From: Chrysomallon squamiferum
Lineage: Eukaryota; Animalia; Mollusca
DNA length: 64,000 bases
Assembly (NCBI GenBank): GCA_012295275.1
Contig: CM022671.1
Location: forward strand, 11,036,001 to 11,100,000
Direction of reading: 5' to 3'
The position numbers and the translations under genes were made by a program. The stretch's first letter is position 1, and the number at the start of each line of letters is the position of its first letter. The notes under the pieces are model-generated. The model was not told the DNA's origin. It made no database searches and saw only the letters and a list, made by a program, of their open reading frames with translations. Below are positions 44,001 through 57,844 of the stretch, piece after piece.

Positions 44001-45173
44001 TTTTTGATAATTATTTTTATTGATTGTAAGTTTTATGTCTTTTTCAAGCATTGATGATTTGTTTCTGTTTTTGTCTGTCAGGTGTAATGTCAGCTAGAGG
44101 AATTCTGAGTAACCCTGCCATGTTTGCTGGTTACAAAACCACACCTGTACAGTGTGTTCAAGACTGGGTATGTGAACAGTTTAAACATAATACAATTATT
44201 TAATTTATTTGCATAGCTACAATTTTATAATAATTATATAATAGTATTTACAAAAAGAATTGATTTTTAAAATGCTTTGGACATAAATTGGCTGATTATA
44301 TATATGTATAATTCTCTTGAAAAACTGACACCTATTGAGTCCTACTAAGATTTATCCATTGTGGACCAAGTCAGATCAAGAAAATAATGTTTTATTTAAT
44401 GGCCTACTTAATACATTTTACAGACAGACAGAATAATAAATATACAACTTTGTTGTGGAATGGCTCTGTAAGTCCTCCATGAGGATCATCTAGAAAAAAA
44501 ATAGTTGGAACGAGTCTCAATTTTTTCGAAGAGTTATTTCCCTTGTATATGTCATATTTTTATGCAGCAGAAGTAATACTAATATTTCTTTTGCTGACGT
44601 TAACCATTTCTTGAAATTATTAACTCAGTAATATATCTTTCTTTTTGAGCTTTAAAGGTTTTTTTCAGAAACAGAATGTATTGTAAATGAAAAGTTAATT
44701 AATTTATAAACCCTTGTCTTTAGAAATTAGAAAAATTCCTTTGAAAACAATATTTGCAGCATTTTGCATGGCGCTAACTTATTCTTATTTGTGAAAATAA
44801 AAAAAGAAGAAGAATGAAAAAACAAAAACCCAGCATAATCTGTATAAAAACATAAAATTAAAAGTTTAATACAGAGTTGACACTGATAGCTAAGAAGAGT
44901 TGCAGGAATTTAGTTAATGTTTGTAAAGCTGGTATTAGATTCAGTCTGATCAAACTGTTATTTTGTTTCAGGTGGACATTTCTCTGTGTGTGGGAACTCC
45001 ATTCCCTCTGTTTCACCATCACCTCATTGACATGCTGGAGAAAAGTTTGTGTCGATCAGAGCCGGATATTTAACACACTGTCAAGTACCTCATCTGTTAT
45101 TGACTACCTGAGAGAGAATTTTCAAATACAGGAAAAGAAAGGAGAAAGAAGTAATACAGAAATTGTTTACTGA
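41044..45173 (+). CDS. DUS4L: tRNA-dihydrouridine(20a/20b) synthase DUS4-like, 8 coding exons; last exon frameshifted as assembled
   Basis: Exons 41044-41147, 41427-41548, 42209-42284, 42625-42666, 43029-43169, 43463-43671, 44082-44167, 44972-45173. Peptides: CAPMVRYSKLPFRQLVRKY, TPMI, ARDSEFTT, PLIVQFAAN, IDLNCGCPQRW (catalytic Cys), WITVHGRT, VANGDI, GVMSARGILSNPAMFAGY. The reading frame reaches TAA at 45071-45073, while the conserved RIFNTLSSTSSVIDYL continues in another frame. Confidence 0.94.
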
Positions 45174-46200
45174 AGAAAAGACGTCAGAAACAGAAGATTA
45201 CAAACTTATGGGAAATGAAGTTTGAAGTGATCGTCCAAAATGGAGAAATTGATAATTAGGTTTCTAGAACTGAGAAACATGAGTGTAACTGAGAAACACA
45301 AGTGTAACATGGTTAAAGGACAAAATTATGACACACAGAATAGAACGACTGCATAGGAGATGAGGGAGAAATAGAAAAATAAGTTTTCTTAAGTTTATGT
45401 TCATAGAAAATGTTTACTGTGTGACTGTGGGGTCTGTACTTGAAGAATTGTGATAGATGTTTGGTATCTCATTAGAGTCAGGGACAAGGCTGAATATTCT
45501 AAACAATCAAATTACATATTTATACTTCCATATTTTATTACCTACATTTATTTTTCCATATTTTACTACCTACATTTGTATTTACATATTTTACTACTTA
45601 CAGTTATAATTACCATAGTGACTGTTGGTATAACTAACACAACATTTGGAAGGGATAATTTTGGATTTTGATTATCAGAAGAAAATGTTGTTATTATTTT
45701 AAATAATATCATTTATTTCCTTAATTTAATTAATTAAACTTTGGCATCAGAACACACTTACACTTTGAATTCTAAAAAATGAAATGTAGTTTAATTTGCA
45801 AGGGTCAAAACATTATTTTTTATTTTTATTCTTAGTATTATATGCATCTCAAGGCACCATATTTATAACTGTATAAAAATATTTTACATTCAGTGTCTAT
45901 AGGTACATGAGAAAGATATATTAAATAATAAATTTGAATCATTTTAAAATTAGTATTCTATTTTATATGCTTATTTTGTAATCTATGTGCTGACATCATT
46001 TATTATCTTTTTAGATATTTATGTTTTTAATAAAATAGTCTCTTCATTTTATTTGTTTCTTTACTTATTAGTGTTATCTGTTTTGTTAGTTAAAAAAAAA
46101 AAAAAATGAAAGAAATGGGTGATTTTGTAATCTTATATTTTAGTCCAGAAAAAAGCAAACTAATTTGCTTTAAAAAAAATATATTATAAATGAATATATA

Positions 46201-46243
<43 letters not shown>

Positions 46244-49200
46244 TTGGGTTTCAAGAACTAGAGCTGGGGTGAGGGTGGTAAGGAGGGGTGTAGGGATGTA
46301 GTTACTAATTCATCAAAGAAAGATTGTTATCTTAATATAGGTGAGAGCCGAGTAAAGTATGCAAGTATAATTAGAGAAAAAGTTAATTTTAATTGCTAGA
46401 AATTTCTATGACATAAACTGGAATCTGTGTTGAAACAATGGACAACAAATAGGCTAGCAGTTTAGAACTGATGTGCATATTTTAAGAGATCTTGAGCAGT
46501 ATTATGTTCACTTGTAAGCATATATTTTAAACTTTAAAGAATGTAATTTTATTAGTAAAACAGAATAGTAAGTAAAAAAACAAACTGGGAAAGATTTCAA
46601 AAAAAAAAAAAATGGTGTGCAGTTTGAAAGTGTTCTCCACCTGTTATTTTAAGTAACTGTCATGATAGCAGATAAGTATTTTATTATTTAACAATAATAA
46701 TTATTATCAACATCAGTAATTTACATTCCTTAACTTTTACGTCAGTGTATATCATTTTGTGTCCAAAACGGAATGACGTTTTACCATTTTTTTTTTTTTT
46801 TTTTTCGTGACGTAAAAATAGCGTGTTGCGATATTTCCATTCAAAGAAGCAGTTCATCAGACGAGAGCGAGGTAGAGCAGAGGTCGTTAACACATTGCTC
46901 TTCTGGCGTCTGGCCTGCCTACGTCATGACAACCTGTTGGTAATAAACGTCGTAAGTTTAGGTAATATCGCAGGCGTATAACAGGTGGCCCATCTGGAAA
47001 ACACTGGCCGCTTTGTTACAGGACGCGACTGACATTTTCCTGAATACTATAACTGGTAAATGGGTGCAGGGTCTACAGCTTCTACAGTATGTTACGTAAA
47101 GTTAGATATCTAAATGGGATTCGTTTGTGTCATCCAGTCTTTATTCTATTTTTTTCCTTTTCTTTTCTTTCTTTTCTTTTCTTTCTTTTCTTTCTTTTCT
47201 TTTAGCATTTTCCATTTAGTCTCATCTTTGTTGTGGATATTTCTGTTTGTTTGTTTTGACAGATTGACAGTCTGTTGTAACTTTTATTAATGTCTGAGAG
47301 AAAGTTGTGTATGTTACAGAATTAAGACATTTACACATTATGAGATGGGACACTTATAGGTCATAGTATCATCCTCGCTGGCGTAATTAATTTGTTTTAA
47401 AATATTTCTTGCTGCCAAAATGTTAAAAATAGCCATTAACTGAGGCAGAGGGTTTCTACTCTCGAGTGTATGTATAATATTAATATGTTTGTATTTTATA
47501 ATTATTACAAACTACTCTGTTTTATATAGGCAGAACTGTCAACGATTTTGCATTGTTTGACTACTATTATTACTTTTTTTGTTGCTGTCGTTGTTATGCA
47601 TAGCAGTTGGGATAATAGCAATACCGGTAACAGAAGTGTTAACAGTAAATGCGTTGTGGCAGTCTTCATTGGGTTCTTGTTTTGCCTTTTGATATGTCTG
47701 TTTTGTCTAGTCATATCGTCTTTGTTATCCACACAGTTCTGTGACTGGTAGCAATTTTCTCTTCTTTGTTATAATAAAAGTACATACACACGTGTCTGTA
47801 CCGCAGTGCACTGATGCAGAACGATGCCAAAAATTATCCGCGGGTGAGGCTTCAACTGATAACAGTTCTTGAAAACAACATTACCCTGAAAACCATCCAT
47901 AGTTTGTACTAGTTATGTAAATATATATAGAAAACAAACATGCAGATAAGAAAAATAAAATAAAATAAAAGCAAAGGATTAGAAATGTCAGTTTCTCCTT
48001 TGTTTTGGTTTGGGGTTTATTAATTTGTTTTCTTGTTTTATTTTATTTGCTTGCCGTTTTTTCACACACACACACACACACACCGCAGTTGCTACATTTT
48101 ATTAGTAATGATAAATGCAATTATAATTAATTTTGAAATTAAATAATTCTTTAAATAACTTTGAAAACAGTCGCTAATGATCAGCCATTTTGGTTGACAA
48201 ATAATTCATCAGCGGATGTGGAAAAATCTTTCGATGGTTACAACTAATTATTTGTGCGTTAATACATTTATTTTAAAAGATTTTCTAGATTTAAAGAACA
48301 AAATTATATAATTAATAAATAAATAAATAAGAGGATGTCAGAAACAAAGGGATATCCGGGATTTATGGTCTTTTTAATTAATTTAGTTGTTTTTATTTTA
48401 TGTTATTTCAGTTTATTTATTTATTTATTTATTTTTATTTATTATTAATCCACCATAATGCTGAAATCCAGAGACCGCCTCCTGTTTCCATTTCTGTCGT
48501 AGTTGTCCGAGATACACAAAAAAAAAAAATAGTTGTATTTTTATATACATATATTACGTTTTAAATATATATATATATATATAAAGAAAGAATTAAAATA
48601 AAGCGAAATAAGGTTATTACGTCTTTTCGTGACTAGCTAGGATTATCCCTTTTTTTGTGTGTCTTTGTTTTTTGGTCAGGAAATGTCAGGAATAAACAGA
48701 ATGTATATTTAACAGATTTAAATAAAGGCTGGTCACACAGGTTAAGTAAAATAATCGTAGATTGGAAAACGACGTATTTTCTTATTTTAGATACATATGA
48801 AAAGACAAAGATGTCATAATTTATTACCAAACCATAACTAATAGCTGTTAATAATAACAATATCTCAGCCACAAAGGAGGTAAATATTACTTTTATGGTC
48901 AGTCCAAAAAGTAAAAGTTAAATACCTGGCATAAAATTTCACTGTCGGACTAACAGACACACAGATTTATTTTCTGTTGCTACTTAACTCCTAAAACAGT
49001 ATGATGACAACTATGGTAAGGATAATATAATAATAGATTATTAATTAACTGATAGATTTTTATGCAATATAAACATTATGATGAATACTAGAATGACCTA
49101 TTTCATCAGGCAATTATTTTCTTGGACGTTATGTTAGTGGTATAAATAGTAAAGTGTCACTGACGCAGAAAACAATCAGCAGTAATACACTGTGTGGCAA

Positions 49201-49350
49201 GTTCATAATCAGCTCGTTTTTCACGCTACAAGGCGTTTCTGTGTCTGCTAATCTGACATAACCTTGTTATTGCATGCAAGTTGTTATTCTTTATTTCTCC
49301 ATTTTTTTTTCTTCATCCTTTTGATTTGTTGTTGCCAGATTTTTTTTTTT

Positions 49351-49385
<35 letters not shown>

Positions 49386-49485
49386 ATTATTATTATTATT
49401 ATTATATTTTTTGAAACTGTTGTCGTTAGTTCTATATTGGATAATTATATCAACCTCTTGATATGTTTTCCTGCCAATTTTTTTT

Positions 49486-49543
<58 letters not shown>

Positions 49544-50068
49544 CAACAAAGAATGACATAAATGTTGAATAAATGTTAATGAGCAAAAACGTAAATAACT
49601 TTATATTCCGCCTTGTAGTATTTTTAAAAATTAATATTATAATTATTTTTTTTCCTTGCAACTTTTTTTCATTTTTTATATTATATATATTTTGCCTTGA
49701 AGTTCTTCAGCAACACTTATTTTTAAACATCGTTAGTGTTAATAACGATGCAGTATAATGAGAGCTTGTTAAAAACCTACTGGTTTGAGTTATGAGAGGT
49801 ATCGGCAAGATTGTAAATGTCAGTCGACATAATGACCATCCCCCCAACGGCTATATATATATATATAAAATAATAACTTGAAAAAATATGCCAGGAGCCC
49901 CGCCATTTCGACATAGACATATTGCACAAATAAACAAACACCCATTTACAGTAGAGTATTAATTTGTATGTTAGGTCAGTAAAGAGTAATTATATATAAT
50001 TCTATATACATGTATTATATGTGTAGTGGTTCTATGTATGTATGTATGTATGTATGTATGTATGTATG

Positions 50069-50299
50069 AGAAGTGCCCCATTATTAAGGATTTTTATGGG
50101 GTTTTTTTTACAAATTAATTTATATTTTTTAAATTTCTGTCAGTGAATAGAACACTGCAGGATAAGTCTGACAACATCCCTATAGTAGCACTATTATATA
50201 TATGAACTGTGTGTAGTTTTTTAATAGTGCCTTTTCATAATGTTATTGCGCTCTTTTTATCTTGCCCCCCCCCCATCAGAAAAGCTAGATCCGCTCCAG
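50069..50299 (-). repeat. Remnant of a GGCGGATCC/GCGGATCTAG-ended interspersed non-autonomous element
   Basis: The reverse complement of 50261-50299 reads CTGGAGCGGATCTAGCTTTTCTGATGGGGGGGGGGCAAG, with internal AGTGCC motifs. Similar ends occur at ~20357 (GCAGCGGATCCATG), ~48465-48484 and ~61918 (GAGGGCGGATCCACG). Family assignment is from pattern memory only. Confidence 0.35.
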
Positions 50300-51594
50300 T
50301 GGGTATGTATATTTGTATGTACGGTATTGTTTTTATTTTATTCCTTCCTTTGATCTTTCTGATTCTTGTTTTAGAATCATGTCAGGAACATAGTAGAAGA
50401 AAACGTAATATGAAAACAGTGATGAATTGGTTTGGATGTATAAATAAACCACAAAGGAAATACTGATGAAAAGAAAACTGGTTTGCTCAGCAGTGTACAG
50501 CTTGTTGTGAATAATTCATTAAATCTTTTGTTACACAAAACAGCATTATACCAGTCTATACTTGATACATGTCGTGTCAGCTGTACTTTTACACTTGAGT
50601 ATTACTTACTTACTTTGAGCAAATAAAGATAATTACCTGACACAGGTGCTAATAACACACACGTATTAAAAAACAAACACACAGGATAAATGTGATAACA
50701 GATACAAACAAATAAAGAGTGAATGAGGGACCGTTAGTCAGAGAGAGACGAACATAGAGTCAGATACACAGACAGACAGAGAGAGAGAGAGAGTTTCTTT
50801 TCTTAGCTTTTCATTTTTTAGAACATACCTCTGTTTGATTGTTATATGTCACATATTTTTTATTAGACGTATACTGCATCACTTAGTTCTTTATAACAGA
50901 CAAAAAATATGACTAGCAACTATCAGCAGAATATAATTATATATTTAATTAAATAACATCATGATTATATCCAGTTTTCTGCACTGAATATTATATTACC
51001 TCTATATTTGTGTAAATGAATTTATTTACATATAGCATATTTTATTATTAATGGTTATTGTCACACTTGGGGTTATTGTATAATGATGAAAATACGCTAT
51101 AATAATAATCACAAGTAGTATAGTAGCTAGGGTTTTTATGTGCAACTGAGGACCGCATTGGAAATAAAAGTACGTCACTGTACGATTTTATATCTTAACC
51201 TCGGTGATTTTACTTTTTTTATATATGTCACTCTTATTTACATATCATGTATCATGTGTATTAATCTACCAAACAAATTTATGTTCAGATTAATTCAATA
51301 AACAATGGCCTGAATGTTCATAGTTGTTAACTGTTTACAGATAAACCTATCTGAGAGTTCGGGCTAGGGCAGGAGATAGCATCTGGTTGATGTGGTTGAG
51401 GAATGATCCAGCCACTATGATGTCGTGGTTGATATTCTGTTAACACATGAAATAAGTAACAGAACAGCGAAAAATATCTGTTATGTTAGAATAGATCTGG
51501 AATTTCAAAAATAGAAACAAAATATAAAAAAGAGGCACAATCTTTGTCATGGATATAGGTTAGGTGAAAATGAATTTCATTATGAGGAACTAAA

Positions 51595-51668
<74 letters not shown>

Positions 51669-51858
51669 TAAAATAAAATTACTGACAAAACAATAATGGT
51701 TTTTGGCTGATGTAACTACAGAGGAATGTTTCAGATTATCTCAGCTTTTATGTCAGTTTTATTATTTGAAAAGTGCTGCGGGAATTCTATATACGTAAAT
51801 ACTTCCTTAAAAAACGCACCTCCAAAAATCGTCCAAAATGTAAGGAGATGAGCCAAGA

Positions 51859-51893
<35 letters not shown>

Positions 51894-52816
51894 GAGAGGA
51901 GTGAATGGAGTTAATTTGAAGAGAGTCAACTGTTAAAAACATTGTCTGCACAGCGCCGCTGTCTGGATGCGGAATAAATTAGGGAGGAAAATACAAAATG
52001 GGACAATTAACACTGGAATGTGACTTGCAAACTGAGTCATCCATAACAAATGACGCAGCAGCCGTCTGCCGTTTGCAACGTTAAATGTAACAGATCATGA
52101 ATTCCTCGTCGCCGCAAGTCCAAGCAAAATCGAAACCAATTAAGTGACGTTTTATTAAGCACAGAACTTGATCTGGTCGATCTCTTGCGTTCCGCAATCA
52201 AATTATATCGGATTTTTTTTAATTTTTAAGTCTTTTTTTGTGTGTGTTTTTATTATTATTTTATTATTTATTTTTTGAATTATTTTATTTTATTTTCATT
52301 ATTATTATTATTTTGTTTTGGGGGGGAAGGGATCATGAAGTCTGACCAAAGAACGACAGAAAAATAAAAAGAAGAAAAGAAAGCCAACAAAAGTGAAGTT
52401 TTGTACCCATACATATGACTAGCAGAAGAAAATCTACCACATTTAAAATAATTATTTGTACATGAAACTGAAACGATTAGTGCAGGCTATAAATGTAGTG
52501 ATTTTTTTTCTCCAGCATGTTTAGAGATTAAATGGCTATTATCCATCTGCCGTGTCATGCGAAGGCCAGTGTTGTTAAATGTCGAAAGATGTTTGAAACT
52601 GTCAACGTAAACAAGCTGTATTTATGCATTTTGAAATAAATATGAAAAATATGGAAATTGCCTCTGTTAATAACATAAAATTGTAATAAATTATTCGAAA
52701 TAGTTTACAAAATCATTTTTTCTTCTGAAATAAAATCGACCAACGTGACTTTTCTACAGTTCTTATCACGAGTATGGATGAAAAGAAAAAAGCTAGTGTA
52801 ACAAACACTGACACAC

Positions 52817-52897
<81 letters not shown>

Positions 52898-53246
52898 ATT
52901 CAATATAGTTAAAACTTGTTTTCTCATATCTCATACATAATTATGGTTAATAATATACAGTAAATGAAACTTCTGTTAAGAAGCAGTAGACAAATAATGT
53001 GTCATTTCGTTGAGGTTTTTGGATTTCTTTTTTGTTTTTAAAAAATATTCGTCTAGAAAGAAAGAAAGAGAGAGAGAGAGTAGGACATAGAATTACAATA
53101 ATAGGATGTTCAAAACACTCACAATAAAAAATTCATAACATTCATTCAGCTATCTCGAGAGCCAAACATTTCTAAAACTTTATAGTCACCTAGCTAGAAA
53201 ATATTCTGAACTTCCTTTTAGTGAAATTTCAGCCTTGGCTGACAGA

Positions 53247-54232
53247 ACACACAGATACGACACACGACACACGAAACACAGATACGACACACAACACACT
53301 GATACGACACAGGACACACAGATACGACACACGACACACAGATACAACACACGACACACAGATACGACACACGACACACAGATACGATACACGACACACT
53401 GATACGACACATGACACACAGATATGACACATGACACACAGATACAACACATGACACACTGATACGACACACAGATACGACACACGACACACTGATACGA
53501 CACATGACACACAGATACGACACACGACACACTGATGACACATGACATACAGATACGACACATGACACACAGATACGACACACGACACACTGATACGACA
53601 TGACACAGATACGATGACAGACATGACACACAGATACGACACATGACATACAGATACGATACGACACGACACACTGATACGACACATGACACACAGATAC
53701 GACACATGACACACAGATACGACACATGACACACAGATACGACACACGACATACAGATACGACACATGACACACAGATACGACACACGACATACAGATAC
53801 GACACACGACACACAGATACGACACATGACACACAGATACGACACACGACATACAGATACGACACATGACATACAGATACGACACGACATACAGATACGA
53901 CACACGACACACAGATACGACACATGACACACAGATACGACACACGACACACAGATACGACACACGACACACAGATACGACACACGACACACAGATATGA
54001 CACATGACACACAGATACGACACATGACACACAGATACGACACACGACATACAGATACGACACATGACACACAGATACGACACACGACATACAGATACGA
54101 CACACGACACACAGATACGACACACGACACACAGATACGACACACGACACACAGATATGACACATGACACACAGATACGACACATGACACACAGATACGA
54201 CACACGACATACAGATACGACACACGACACAC
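53247..54232. repeat. 20-bp minisatellite (ACAGATACGACACA(C/T)GACAC), ~1 kb, ~49 copies
   Basis: An exact 20-nt period is visible over 53870-54230, with more degenerate copies toward 53247. Variants are mostly C/T transitions. Confidence 0.96.
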
Positions 54233-54442
54233 TGAATGAGGAAGTTGTCTCGTCTCACTCATGTTCAGTATTTCCGTTACACTCTGGCAGCGTGTCCGCG
54301 CGTCTGTCGGGTGTTTAGACAATCCTGTTAAACACTGCAGCGCTTTCTCACTTGTATTAGGGAAACATTTATTTACAGAATCCTCTATCTTATTTCTTAT
54401 TTAACAATAATAATAATAATTCCATAATTCGATAACGTAGTT

Positions 54443-54502
<60 letters not shown>

Positions 54503-54867
54503 ACTGCTTTAAGTAATCTTTAAATAAACAAGGTGTATTAATTTTTTAATGGTTCATGCGTAGTGACAGAATAGAACATTACATGTGGACACGCCAGTAG
54601 ATGAACAGTTACGACGAACGAATGTATTTTTAATAAATTTAATCCTGACATTTTCCACCAGTTCACTTTGATCGAGTCTTCAGAGACAAGCCGTTCTATC
54701 AGCTAAATTACATTTGTCAAGTTCTCAAACAAACCCTGCTGTGTCAGCCTGACATTTCCATTCCATCTGAAAGACTGAATTCTTCAAACATTTCACAATG
54801 AATTACGATATGTTTGTCACACTAAATTATCGTGCGTTTTAGTATCAGACTGCACTGGTAAACTAAA

Positions 54868-55022
54868 GTCGGTTTGATTTATCATTTACATATATATATA
54901 CACACACACACACACACACGTTCTAATATCAGTTTGATTTATCATTTACATAACACACACACACACACATACACACATACACGTTCTAATATCGGTTTGA
55001 TTTATCATTTACATATATATAT
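54868..55022. repeat. Three tandem copies of a GTTTGATTTATCATTTACATA unit with embedded (TA)n/(CA)n
   Basis: The core is repeated at ~54872, ~54932 and ~54995, separated by variable-length microsatellite and GTTCTAATATC. Confidence 0.8.
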
Positions 55023-55209
55023 ACAAATGATTTTGTAGATACTGTAGCACTGCAATATTATATTATTAATATTAAACTGAATTAGAACAGTTTATTCATA
55101 GGTATTTATTTTGGGCAGAATCATAACTATGACACTTTGGATTGTCAAATATCTAAATACTGCATTTCCATGTTTGATTGATTTGTCAGACATATGTATG
55201 TACGTACGA

Positions 55210-55242
<33 letters not shown>

Positions 55243-55377
55243 ATGTGTGTGTGTGTGTGTGTTGTATGCATTGTATATATGTGTATGTATTTATGCATGT
55301 ATATATAAAAGTGTGTATGTGGGTGTTTATGTATCTATATATAAAAGTATATTTATAATGATTACGTACATATATAA

Positions 55378-55408
<31 letters not shown>

Positions 55409-57187
55409 CACGTAAGCATTAAAATTTAAGATGAATAAATACGACATACGTTGCACAAGTATGTTGATATTAATAACCGAATCATAGATAAGACTAAAAT
55501 CACTTGTCAAGTGAAATATGTCAAACTGAAATTAAGAACTGTATGATATGGCACAAAGCCAGATTTGCATTATTCAGTGAATTAAATGCATTCACATAAA
55601 ACTGATTACTTAGGACTGAAATAAACCTTTTATCGTAACGTAGACTAAACGTATTAACCTGTCTTAGATCTTCAAGACTGACATGAGCATATTTATTATG
55701 GAGTAGTGCATCCAATCATGTTTTCAAGGCAACTAAACGAAAGGACGCGAATTTTAAAAAAAAAAAGGAAAAAAAAGTTCGTATTGCAAGATATGGAAGA
55801 TGTCATATATAATATATAGTGTTTACAAACCAAAATTAATCATGAATGACATGCGTGAATATAGCAAACGAAACAACCAGACTCAGCGATAAAATTGAAA
55901 TTATCTGCACGATATTCACGACTAACACGTGCGTCTTTCCGCCGGATAATTATACAGCATAAAGTAATTAATCGTGTTTCTGTTCAGAGGATCTGTAAGT
56001 CCTTTATAATCACTGGCATATCGTTACCGAATGAGAAAAGTTACAATTAGTTGATCCGCCGCACTTTTATAATTTTGTATATTAATATTCGGAACTGTCA
56101 ACGAATTAAACTCTATTACGTCAGGCTGACAAGTTGATTACAACGTCTTCATGTCGCGGTTTGGTCGCATCCTAGTTGAGTGTCGCTATCAGCTAATTAC
56201 AAGTGTTGTGTGCAGTTTCCGAGTGATGTCGTTCCGCCATGACACACAGTTAAACAGACTGTGACATAAAGCTGACCGTGTAGTTACGACTTATTGTATC
56301 CCTTATTCTGTTTCGAGTTTCAAACAAGCCTGCATTTCAGTTATTTCTGATGTCAGAATAACCCAGATGTTTCACCATCAGTGACCTGGGTTCGAATCCT
56401 ACTTCTGACACTTTGTTGTTCAATTAGTTTGTTTATTACGAAGTAAAGTTAATGTGGTACGCAGTTAAGACACTAGATATTCTTATTAATTATTAGTGGT
56501 ATTATTTCTTTTTTTACACCTGCAGAATACGAAAGAACACAGTGTCTTTTGATACACCAGTGGTTGGTCGCTAAAAGAAGCAGATCAATTATAAATTAAA
56601 TTTCATCCTAGATAAACTGTACCAATTCTGAAATGATACAAACTCTCTGAAACTAATAAAGTATTATAGCTTTATTGTACAGTATGTTTTACATCACATA
56701 TTCTTATGTTGCTATTAAAATAATATTTATACGCTACATAATCACTACAAATACTGCCCTTATGGATCGCCATTTTAAGCAAATTAAGGTTTACTTCGAC
56801 TGCCTAGAACATATTTGGTTCCTAACAAAACAGTCAAAATCAGAAAAAATGTAATATGTGAGTGGGCGAATCCTTTTCTACCAAAAGAATATTCGACATC
56901 AACTGAGATTCTGCCCAAGAAACAAATACTTAATAATATTTTACATCTTCAAGTGTGACGATTATTTCACTTGATGGCAATAGCTAGGTCGTCATATCCT
57001 AGCGCTAATTCAAAATAAAACAGAAGTTTAAAGTATTAATAAAGAAAAAAAACACGAAAGCATTTTCCATTCCTACGATCAGAATCTTTTTTGGTTTTTC
57101 AGGAAACGAACGTCTTTAAGCTGATTAAATCCTGAACTGCAGTAATATTTACTTCTCGTGGAAGTGAATGATTCTTTTTCAGTTCTT

Positions 57188-57218
<31 letters not shown>

Positions 57219-57787
57219 TTATTATTATTATTTTGTTGTTGTTTTTCTTCTTGTTTTTCTTCTTAATATTATTATATCACCATCATTATTATTATTATTG
57301 TCGTTGTTATCATTATCATCATCAACAAGGTCATTTTTTCTTCTTCCTGAATGACAACTGAGAGTGTTTTATTCCTATAAATAAATTTTAAAAAATAACA
57401 TAATACAATTTTTTTTTTTTTTTTTTTTCAATGAGCTATTTAGAGAGTGATAACAATCAGTGATATACATGTTTGATGTATTAGTTTACAATGTGTTTAC
57501 TGGCTGATGTTTTAAACATGGAGCCAATAAACAGAATCACCAGACAGAAATATTAGCTGCAAGTCACGGATCAATGGGTATGACAAAAATAAATCGCGTT
57601 AGATTTTGCTGAATGGACCTGGGCCGGTCAATACGGGTTTAAAACGACTGACTTGAATTCATCAACGAGATGCAAAATCGTCACGACAGGCGCCGATTCA
57701 GTCAGAATCTCGCAGCTTTCAGAAATTCTGAACCTACTAAGTAATAATTTGCATTATTTATTAAATAAATAATAATAACAGCAATAA

Positions 57788-57844
<57 letters not shown>

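Noticed and set aside
44531-44544. GAGTTATTTCCCTT motif, also inverted at 39671-39682
   Set aside because: Too short to define an element. It is probably fragments of a common dispersed repeat rather than a paired TIR around the COG5/DUS4L promoter.
51140-51305. GAGGACCGCATTGGAAATAA motif reminiscent of a LINE 3' tail
   Set aside because: No reverse-transcriptase remnant upstream, and the resemblance is from memory only; it needs a Dfam/Repbase search.
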